Below, one piece after another: positions 38,495 through 46,358 of a DNA stretch of 64,000 nucleotides. The position numbers were made by a program, and so were the translations under genes. The notes under the pieces were generated by a model. It did not search any database, was not told the DNA's origin, and worked only from the letters and a program-made list of their open reading frames with translations. This DNA comes from a virus. The stretch lies in IMG/VR virus record IMGVR_UViG_3300037130_000236. One strand, 5' to 3'. The first letter of the stretch is position 1. Every line of letters begins with the position of its first letter.

Positions 38495-39190
38495 ATGTCT
38501 TCTCTTCCCGGCGGCGTCCTTGCAAGCGAGATCAGCCGCTCCTACAACTCGTTTGCTGGTGCTGACATTACTGCTGTGATTGGTCAGTTCCAGTTTGCAG
38601 AGCTCCAGGCTATCTCCTACTCCGTGACTCGTGAAAAGGCACCGATCTACACGATGGGTTCTTGTGATCCTCGTGCATACTCGCGCAACAAGCGCGGCAT
38701 CGCCGGCTCGCTCGTCTGGATCAACTTCGATCGCCATGCGCTGCTCAACCTCTTCCAAATGGCTCTCGGCACCTTTGTGGCCGATGCCGATGAGATCCGG
38801 CCCCAGTTCTCGAATGTGGCCAACGGGACAGCTGTCTTCCAGTCCTCGGTCGTTCGGGACACAGGTCCCTCGATCTCTTCGACCATCAGTCAGCTCGATC
38901 AGATGACCATGACCAGCAGCGCCTCCAACAGCGAACTGGCGACGCCTTGGTATTCCGACCAGATCCTGCCCTTCGACGTGACGCTGAGCGGCGCCAATGA
39001 GTACGGCGCGATGTGCGCGGCCAAGATCTTCGGCGTTGAGATCCTCAACGAGGGAATGGGCATCTCCATCGACGATGCCGTGACCGAGATGCAGGCGACT
39101 TTCGTTGCCCGCGTGGTCGAGCCCATGTCGGCCGTTCCGAGTCCGTTCCAGTCTGCGAGTGGCATCGGCGGGACATCCTTCACACTGTAA
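38495..39190 (+). CDS. Tail tube protein
   Basis: Follows the sheath; SF.GADI, LQAISYSVTREKAPIY.MG, RGIAGSL, I.GVEILNEG.G.SIDD. Confidence 0.85.
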   Translation: MSSLPGGVLASEISRSYNSFAGADITAVIGQFQFAELQAISYSVTREKAPIYTMGSCDPRAYSRNKRGIAGSLVWINFDRHALLNLFQMALGTFVADADEIRPQFSNVANGTAVFQSSVVRDTGPSISSTISQLDQMTMTSSASNSELATPWYSDQILPFDVTLSGANEYGAMCAAKIFGVEILNEGMGISIDDAVTEMQATFVARVVEPMSAVPSPFQSASGIGGTSFTL

Positions 39191-39211
39191 TCGCTTTCCC
39201 TTTCGCTCTCT

Positions 39212-39269
39212 GGGCAGCTTCTGGCTTTGGCTCTTTGTTCTTCTCCGCCATGCTAGAAGCTGCCCTTTT
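39212..39269 (+). terminator. Long hairpin / terminator after the tail tube gene
   Basis: gggcagcttct ... agaagctgccc 11-bp stem followed by tttt. Confidence 0.55.
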
Positions 39270-39277
39270 GTTCAGAT

Positions 39278-40288
39278 ATGAGCATCCCTCCCATCAGTTA
39301 CGTCTCCTCCGACCAAAGCATGGTAACCAGCGGTGTCGAGTCCTTCTCGTCACAGGCCACTCCCATTGTGTCTGGAGGTCTCCAGACCGACGCCAGCCCG
39401 GCGCCTGCGGTGCCGAACGCCTCGGAAGCATCGACCAGCTATACCGATTCCACCCAGCCAGGAATGGTTCTGGGCAGCGACGGCAACTACTATCCGGCAT
39501 CGAGTGTTTCTGCCGGCGGCGGAATCACCGGCCCTCCCATTTCGTCCTTCAACCCGATCAGCGCCGCCCTTCAATCCTCGTCAGTGCCAGCGAACAATCC
39601 CGCGCAACAGCACAACCTGAATCCAGGCAACGGACTGTATCACGAGGCATCCTACACGGGATCGAACCTGAAGGTGATGATCGAGGTGGCCAATGACGGC
39701 ACCAACACGACCAATCCTACTGGCCTGTCGACAACCACCAACTCCAACAGTGTCTCCCAGCAGGCGACTTCCAAGCCTGCGCGCCAGGCAAAGCAGCTTG
39801 TGGAGCTGACCACCATTACGGTATCCGTCCATCGTGTGAAGTCTCCCGCGGTTGCATGTGGTTACATCAATCCAAAAGGCTGGGCGCGCGGCCGGCGCAC
39901 AATCGCCGGCACCTTGGTGATGACCAAGTTCACTACGGACGTCCTTTACGCCTTCCTCAATTCCGGCGCGTTCACATCCGACCTCTCCAAAGACACAACC
40001 TACATGAAGGTGGATCAGCTTCCTCCCTTCAACCTCACTCTTCTGTTCGCCGATGAGTATGGGAACACCAGCTCTCAGCGGTTGCTGGGTGTCGAGCTTG
40101 TGACGTCGGGTGACGTCTACTCCATCCAGGACATGTTGAGCGAACAGACAATCTCCTACGTTGCCGCGGACTTCACGCCCTTGATGCCTCTCAACAAGAG
40201 CAGCCTTTACGGAGCCGCCGCCGGGAGTACCGTGACGGCGCCGCAGAGAACCGTGGGCACGGTCCTGAACCAACAGGCAGCTCAGTAA
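39278..40288 (+). CDS. Tail-tube-fold paralogue (tube initiator-like)
   Basis: TITVSVHR.KSP...G...P.G..RG.RTIAGTLV parallels the tube protein; N-terminal Ser/Pro-rich linker. Confidence 0.7.
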   Translation: MSIPPISYVSSDQSMVTSGVESFSSQATPIVSGGLQTDASPAPAVPNASEASTSYTDSTQPGMVLGSDGNYYPASSVSAGGGITGPPISSFNPISAALQSSSVPANNPAQQHNLNPGNGLYHEASYTGSNLKVMIEVANDGTNTTNPTGLSTTTNSNSVSQQATSKPARQAKQLVELTTITVSVHRVKSPAVACGYINPKGWARGRRTIAGTLVMTKFTTDVLYAFLNSGAFTSDLSKDTTYMKVDQLPPFNLTLLFADEYGNTSSQRLLGVELVTSGDVYSIQDMLSEQTISYVAADFTPLMPLNKSSLYGAAAGSTVTAPQRTVGTVLNQQAAQ

Positions 40289-40297
40289 GGAATCGAA

Positions 40298-41119
40298 GTG
40301 ACGATTATCGCCGGCAGTCCGATGGCACCAACGGCAAGTTCCAATGCCGTTCAGCAGCCCCCAGCTCCGGGATCGGCCACTCCGGCTGCGGCGAATGCCC
40401 AGAACACTCCCGGCGGTATCGTCATCCCCTCGCTTGCTCCCAGCTACGAGTGGATCTATCCCAACTCGACGGATGGCAAGTATTTCACTGCCACACAGGC
40501 CCAGATGTACATCGGCAACCTGTTCATCGACGAGTTGGTGAACCTGCAGTTTGCCTATCAGGGCAACCGAATTCCCATGTTTGGGTATTGTTCACGAAGC
40601 GCGGATGCGTTTGGGACCGGCAGGCTTTTGGTACAAGGGCAGATCGCGATTAACTTCGTGACTGAAGGCTACCTGTACACGGTCCTCAAAGAGTTCTCGA
40701 AGATCTACACCCAGCCGGTTCAGGCATCAGCAACAGGACAGGCGGGCGCGCAGATCGCTTCTCTGGTGCAGCAGAGTCAGCAGATCACTAACGCCATGCA
40801 AGGCGCCTTGTCGCCGTCTGCCACCGCAAGCTACCAGGCGCAGTTGAACATCATCAGCCAGCAGATCCAGTCTCTGGCCGCCCAGGGCGGCCCGGACGCG
40901 ATCAACGCCGCCAAGCAATCCGCCACTGTTCAGAGCGACACTCCAAACGCGATTGTGCTGAACATCCCGTTCGACATTCACTGCGAACTGACAGGCGCGG
41001 GCCGCACGGTGGAGAGGATTCTCCGCAACTGTCTGCTGATCTCGAACGAGCAGGTTTACGACCAGTCCGGACAGACCCTGCTGGACTGTTATGGCTTCGT
41101 TGCCCGTTCCGCAAACTAA
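40298..41119 (+). CDS. Second tail-tube-fold paralogue
   Basis: YF...QAQMYIG, LQF.YQ.N.IPMFGY.S...D....G..LVQG.+.INF. Confidence 0.65.
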   Translation: MTIIAGSPMAPTASSNAVQQPPAPGSATPAAANAQNTPGGIVIPSLAPSYEWIYPNSTDGKYFTATQAQMYIGNLFIDELVNLQFAYQGNRIPMFGYCSRSADAFGTGRLLVQGQIAINFVTEGYLYTVLKEFSKIYTQPVQASATGQAGAQIASLVQQSQQITNAMQGALSPSATASYQAQLNIISQQIQSLAAQGGPDAINAAKQSATVQSDTPNAIVLNIPFDIHCELTGAGRTVERILRNCLLISNEQVYDQSGQTLLDCYGFVARSAN

Positions 41120-41145
41120 CGACCAACCCTTAGGAGCATCGACTC

Positions 41146-41574
41146 ATGTCCGATCAGATCAGAGAACAACCCCAAATCACCCCTTTCGAGTTCCTCCATA
41201 CATTCCCGGAGGCTCCGAGCCTGGAGCAGATCGAACAATGGAAGCAGCAGGCGCCAGGCGCGCGCCTCCGTATCTGGCACTCGACGGATGGGAAGCGCGT
41301 TTATGTGCTGCGGGCCATCGGTGGCCAGGAACTGGGGCAACTGCAGGCGAGCCTGCCCCCAAACATCCCGCCAGAGAAGTTGCAGGCCGAGGTCCAGATC
41401 CTCATGGCGATCCGCTGTTGCGTGTGGACCAGCTCGACCATCGATCACAAGCTGTCCGATCTCGCACTGAAGGGAGCAGGCGCCGGCCTTCCCCAGACGC
41501 TGCAAGAGATCATCTATCAGCTGTCTGACTACATGGACCCGATGGACATCAACCGCTTCAGCGCCGATCTGTAA
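41146..41574 (+). CDS. Tail assembly chaperone (putative)
   Basis: Position after the tube genes; IE.WK.. and R.CVW..., AG.P.TL...I..LS patterns. Confidence 0.6.
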   Translation: MSDQIREQPQITPFEFLHTFPEAPSLEQIEQWKQQAPGARLRIWHSTDGKRVYVLRAIGGQELGQLQASLPPNIPPEKLQAEVQILMAIRCCVWTSSTIDHKLSDLALKGAGAGLPQTLQEIIYQLSDYMDPMDINRFSADL

Positions 41575-41582
41575 GGAGCGCC

Positions 41583-42158
41583 ATGCAGGTATTCTTTGCC
41601 CGTTGGCCAAGTGGCCGTAAAGTGAAGTGGCGTTCACTCACCTGGGCAGAGTTCAAGAAGTTTGATCGACAACTCGATTATGACTGCCCGGCTTCCGTCT
41701 ACTGCGACGTATACCGGGCAGTTGTGCTTGATGGCCCTCCTCTGGATGGCGATCCTGTTTACCAGGCGCCGGCCGGACTCGTCGAATGGATTGCACGAGC
41801 ATTGCTGGACTCGAATCCGTTCAACGGAGAATACAAGGACGTCAAGCGCGCGCTCGAAATGAAGCGCATCGAACTGAAGTCAAGCTGGTTGAACTCCGCC
41901 AAGTCGATCATCGCCGGGATCTTCCGTTACACCTTCGAGGAGATCGAGCAGTGGGATGCGGAGATGTTCTTCGAGCGTCTCGCCTCCGCCGAGTTCGTCT
42001 CTGGGCGCAAGCTCGAGCCGGGAGACCCGGATAAGCTGGATGCCCAGCATCCTGGGAAGAAGCCTGGTCACCCTGAAGGCCCTCCGAAGCCTGCCAAGCG
42101 CGAGCTGAGTCCGGCACAACAGAAGGTTGTCAATCGCGTCGTCAACTCCCGTAAGTAA
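41583..42158 (+). CDS. Second tail assembly chaperone (putative)
   Basis: Own RBS aaggag; +.WR.LTW.EF, F.YT.EEIE.W. Confidence 0.55.
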   Translation: MQVFFARWPSGRKVKWRSLTWAEFKKFDRQLDYDCPASVYCDVYRAVVLDGPPLDGDPVYQAPAGLVEWIARALLDSNPFNGEYKDVKRALEMKRIELKSSWLNSAKSIIAGIFRYTFEEIEQWDAEMFFERLASAEFVSGRKLEPGDPDKLDAQHPGKKPGHPEGPPKPAKRELSPAQQKVVNRVVNSRK

Positions 42159-42167
42159 GGGGATGCT

Positions 42168-45100
42168 GTGCCCTTGGATTCCTCCCAACCCGTGATCGAA
42201 ACCACAGCCGGGCGTCCTCGTTTCGCTTCCGACAAATCCTTTCAACTGGAAAGTGAAGAGGCCTACAATCCCTGGGTCCGAGCGATCGGAGTCGGGGTTG
42301 TGGGCACGGCTTTGTATGCCACGCATCGGACGATGCTGGCGACGGTGCCGGAGTATGCCCCGACGCTTCAGAACTGGGCGCAGAAGTTCGAGAATCAGAC
42401 TCCCTTCCACATTGGCCGGACCTTCGCGTTTACCGAACGGCTCTCTTCCTACACAACTCCCGAAGAGTTGAAGTTCACACGGTCGATGCTGACCAACCTG
42501 GACGGGTCGCTCAACGCCGTCGGCGAGACATTCCAACGTCAGTTCAAAGATGCAGGCGTCGATTTCGATGTCCTCCAGCACGTCACCGAAGACAACCCCT
42601 TGCTGTTCAAGGGCCGTCGGCGCGCTGGCTCTGCCTACATGAAACTGGTGGGCCGGGACAGGATCGACTTCGAGACCCGCTTCACTCCATCGGAAGGCCG
42701 TCTCGCTGGCACTGCTTCCCGTCTTGGCCAGAACCTGCACCAGCCGCCCCTCCATTGGTCCACGAATCCCAACTTCCGCGAGCGGATCTGGGAGAACTTC
42801 CAGACCTACAGATCTTCGCAGCGCATCACCAACGCGTCTCCCTGGAGAGAGGCCGCCAAGGATGCTTCTGATCCGAAGTTCCGGCCGTTCCACAGCCGGG
42901 CTCATGTCGAAGGCAATCTGAGTGAGGAGGCTGCGCAGACAGCTCGCAACGTCTGGTCGCGCTTTCAGGTTGAATCTCTCGAAGCAGTAGAGCGCCCTCA
43001 ACGGCTCTTTGCCGAAGCAGGTTTCGGTCTCAAGGCAGGCACCTGGAACAAGACCTTCCATCTTCCTTTCGCCGGCGAAGGTGGCATCGTCAACAAGATG
43101 ATCACCAGGCGTGTGCTGCCGATCGCGCTGGCTGCGACCGCCGCAGGCTGGCTGGATTACAAGCTTGGACATCCCAGCGACAAGGTCATCGATCTCGGCC
43201 TCAAGGCCAACGTCCTCCGGGCGGATCTGACAGACATGCTTCCCGGTGGCCGCAAGGTCACCGAATTCTACGAGAATACTGTCCCCGGGCCACAGTACGG
43301 TCCGCTGGCGCTCCCCGCGGCCGGTGCTTTTTCCGGCGGCCTGCTGCACTACTCGCGCGTCGTGCGCGGCCAGTTCGCCACCGAAGATCTCCGCAAAGCA
43401 GGCTCACGCCTTCTGCCGGATGTGAAGGCCCTGCGGACATGGGCCGGCACCAGCGGTAAGAAGCTGGCATCCATCGAAGGCCTGGCTCAGATCTGGAGAG
43501 GTCTGGGCACACCCGGCAGAGGAGCGGCAATTGGTCTGGTGGCAGCGTTGCCCTTCCTGCCTGGAATGCTTGGTTCTCGCAAGACTGGCAACGAGTTGCG
43601 CGATGTCTATTCCGGACTGGACGAGGTTCCAATCCGAAGTGGACGCTGGTGGGAGTTGGGATCAACTCCCTTTGAAGGCGCGCGCATCAAGGCATGGCGG
43701 CCTCACTGGAGCGTCCTGCACAAGAGCCGCGCGGAAGACATCTCGCTGTTCGGATCGGAAGAAGAGAAGTGGAAGCACAACCCGATACTGCATCCACTGC
43801 GCTGGCTGAAGGACCCCTACTACCTCGAAAAACTGCACTACGAGGACCGCCCGTACCCCGTGGCGTCGCCGGCGTTTACCAATTTGCCGCTCATCGGCCC
43901 GTTGCTTGGCGCCACGATCGGCAAGCTGGTCAAGCCGACGATCAGAATGCACGAAGAGGATTGGGATGGCAAGGAGTACACCCTCTACTCGACACGCATC
44001 GAACCCAAAGGCCCGGAGGCTCTCCCGCCGCCACTGCCGAAGGACGAATTCTCGATCGGCAACGCACTCAAGAAGGAAGCGACGATCTTTGCCGAGTACA
44101 CCGGACTCTACGGCTTCATTGCCAAGAGTGGCTATCAGGGACTGTTCCCCAACACCAACAGTCTGGGCAAGGAGGTCGACTATCAAGGATCTCGTCAGAT
44201 CGACAACTTCTCTCGTCGTTACTACGAGAAGGAGCTGGGCGCCGGCATTGGTCCGTCCCTCTCAGGCACAGAGCACTTCGGCTATACAGAACCCTTCCGC
44301 CGCTTTGTCCAGCGGGAGAGCTTCTCTCCCCAGGCCAACGAGATCCCCAATACAGCCGCCAGTTGGCTGCCAGGAGATGACTACTACACCAACTTCCATG
44401 TCGGCGATCCCTTCATCAAGGTCGACCAGGGATTTGCCCGTCTGCCCGGCGCCGGCTACGAAGCCATCCATCCCGAGCTGAAGGGAGTCGATCCAGAAGA
44501 CTACCCCGACATACACAAGATGGCCATCCTGGCCGATGTGGCTCCATACTCACGTGAGTACCACAACGTCAGGCAGCGTGTAGCCCAGCAAGCCAAGGGC
44601 AATACCGAACTGGAGATCGAATACGAAAAGATCATGAACCGGGTCAAACAGACCCGTGAATCGATCATCCGGATGAACGACAGGCACTTCACCGCCCCTG
44701 TCGATGAGATCTCCGGCACCGTGGACGACGTTTCTCCCGGCGGAGTCATCCTCAAGGAGTTTCCCGGCCGGCGCTTCCAGTTCTCCTCCGTGGGCATGAG
44801 TGCGGCAGACCTGTCGGCGCGGATCCTCGGCGAGAACAACAACATGACCCGTAGCGAGGTGGCCCTCGAAGTGGATCGCCGCCGCGGCGCCATGCAGCAA
44901 TATCTGGCCGATCATTTGGCCGAAGGCACCTCGATCCGAGCTGTTGTTCCGAAAGGATCTGCGAGCAATGCAGAGCAGATCCGGGCTGTCATCCTGGCCA
45001 ATGGAGAGAACGTCAATCGGGAGCTGATCGACCAGGGGTTTGGTCAGTATCGTGAAGATCTCGGCGGGGCCGAAGCTCGTTCCATGCACGGCAAACTGGG

Positions 45101-46181
45101 GCGCGCCATCGGCGGCGTGGCTGAGGGTCTGGCCTTCCAGGGAGATTCCAGCGCATTGAATCCAATGCGGTATGTGCCATCGCCGGCCCACACCAAGTTC
45201 TGGCAGGAACGCACCCCGCTGGCCCAGTACATCAACAACGAGGTTGCAGGCACCAGGATGCGGCGTTGGGAGCGCCCGATCCACGACTTCCTCATGCCCT
45301 ATGCCCGCGGTCTGGTCGAGCGCGTGACCGGCCAAACTGTGCTGCCTGGCGACGTTCAGAAACGCCGGGACCTCAACACTCTGGCCGACGTAATGACCTA
45401 CCTGCGCGATCTGGATGGACGTGCGTCAGGTTCCTATACTAATAAGGGGCAGAGGACATCGATTGGCGCCAACCTGTTTGCTGCGCCGACCTTTGTCGCT
45501 TCCACCCTTCCCGCTCGTGAATCCCACTACTTCCGTGAGTTTCTTGCCGAGACTGATCCGAGCAAGAGAACCCAGATCCTGAAGGTTGCATCCCCAGAGA
45601 TGCAACGCGCTTTGTCTGCCCAATGGGCAGTGCAGAAGTCCCGCATTGCCGAGGTGGAAGGCAAGGATCACGAGGAGATCGGCGAGGGCGGCCGGCTGTA
45701 CGACGAAGCCGACGTTGAAGAGTTCGAGAAGGCTGACACCGGCCTCGACTACGGCAACTGGCTGCGTTCGAAAGAGATCGCGGACTTCTTCTCCCGGACT
45801 GGATTCGCTCTCCCTGAGCACGGCTTTGAAGCGTTTGAAGAGGCTTTGGATTACCAGGATGTTGAGCTGAAGATAATCCAGCAGGAGGGGTATGACGCAC
45901 ACGACTTCAACATCTTCGACGACAGGGCTTCCCTCCTGTGGCGGAAGCCTTACATCGATGGAGCTGTTCGTGAATTGACCAGCGGCGATGATCGTTCTCC
46001 CGACCAGCTTCGGCGTGCGGTGGAACAGATCATGCAGGCAGCCAATGACAAGAAGGCGGACGTTAGAACCTCCGTTCATGCAGGACATGTGAACCACACG
46101 AATGTTCGCGTGAGCGCCGATATAGATCAGACAGAAGACTTGCTGAGAGATATTCGCCGGAATCCAGAGGATTACCAGTGA
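42168..46181 (+). CDS. 1337-aa virion protein in the tape-measure position, with a degenerate thermonuclease (SNase) OB-fold
   Basis: Follows the chaperones; hydrophobic GxxxG segments; G.V..V.....I....RFQF..V...L..G..+....+RAV+...GENVNRELI.QG.G near 44700-45050. Confidence 0.65.
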   Translation: MPLDSSQPVIETTAGRPRFASDKSFQLESEEAYNPWVRAIGVGVVGTALYATHRTMLATVPEYAPTLQNWAQKFENQTPFHIGRTFAFTERLSSYTTPEELKFTRSMLTNLDGSLNAVGETFQRQFKDAGVDFDVLQHVTEDNPLLFKGRRRAGSAYMKLVGRDRIDFETRFTPSEGRLAGTASRLGQNLHQPPLHWSTNPNFRERIWENFQTYRSSQRITNASPWREAAKDASDPKFRPFHSRAHVEGNLSEEAAQTARNVWSRFQVESLEAVERPQRLFAEAGFGLKAGTWNKTFHLPFAGEGGIVNKMITRRVLPIALAATAAGWLDYKLGHPSDKVIDLGLKANVLRADLTDMLPGGRKVTEFYENTVPGPQYGPLALPAAGAFSGGLLHYSRVVRGQFATEDLRKAGSRLLPDVKALRTWAGTSGKKLASIEGLAQIWRGLGTPGRGAAIGLVAALPFLPGMLGSRKTGNELRDVYSGLDEVPIRSGRWWELGSTPFEGARIKAWRPHWSVLHKSRAEDISLFGSEEEKWKHNPILHPLRWLKDPYYLEKLHYEDRPYPVASPAFTNLPLIGPLLGATIGKLVKPTIRMHEEDWDGKEYTLYSTRIEPKGPEALPPPLPKDEFSIGNALKKEATIFAEYTGLYGFIAKSGYQGLFPNTNSLGKEVDYQGSRQIDNFSRRYYEKELGAGIGPSLSGTEHFGYTEPFRRFVQRESFSPQANEIPNTAASWLPGDDYYTNFHVGDPFIKVDQGFARLPGAGYEAIHPELKGVDPEDYPDIHKMAILADVAPYSREYHNVRQRVAQQAKGNTELEIEYEKIMNRVKQTRESIIRMNDRHFTAPVDEISGTVDDVSPGGVILKEFPGRRFQFSSVGMSAADLSARILGENNNMTRSEVALEVDRRRGAMQQYLADHLAEGTSIRAVVPKGSASNAEQIRAVILANGENVNRELIDQGFGQYREDLGGAEARSMHGKLGRAIGGVAEGLAFQGDSSALNPMRYVPSPAHTKFWQERTPLAQYINNEVAGTRMRRWERPIHDFLMPYARGLVERVTGQTVLPGDVQKRRDLNTLADVMTYLRDLDGRASGSYTNKGQRTSIGANLFAAPTFVASTLPARESHYFREFLAETDPSKRTQILKVASPEMQRALSAQWAVQKSRIAEVEGKDHEEIGEGGRLYDEADVEEFEKADTGLDYGNWLRSKEIADFFSRTGFALPEHGFEAFEEALDYQDVELKIIQQEGYDAHDFNIFDDRASLLWRKPYIDGAVRELTSGDDRSPDQLRRAVEQIMQAANDKKADVRTSVHAGHVNHTNVRVSADIDQTEDLLRDIRRNPEDYQ

Positions 46182-46215
46182 TGCAAGTAAACCGTTCCTA
46201 TGTGGTCGAATGAGG

Positions 46216-46227
46216 CTTTGGTAGATC
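46216..46227 (+). promoter_or_regulatory. Motif B copy (CTTTGGTAGATC) upstream of the RNAP-like gene
   Basis: Matches consensus; intergenic. Confidence 0.6.
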
Positions 46228-46358
46228 CCTGCCAACAGGGAGACTCGTAACAGCCTCATCGGCCCCTGCCGGGCGGATCAAAACCTGGACTTCCACCCAA
46301 GCACACTCGTCCTCGTGCTCCTCGCCTTGATCGGAAGCATCCGCCCAACCCCCTTCCT

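Noticed and set aside
41540-41600. Programmed frameshift between the tail assembly chaperones
   Set aside because: No XXXYYYZ slippery site near the first stop, and the second ORF has its own SD (aaggag) and ATG.
45433-45442. CCTATACTAA as a functional motif A promoter
   Set aside because: It has one mismatch and lies deep inside a coding sequence. Kept only as a possible variant, not listed as a feature.
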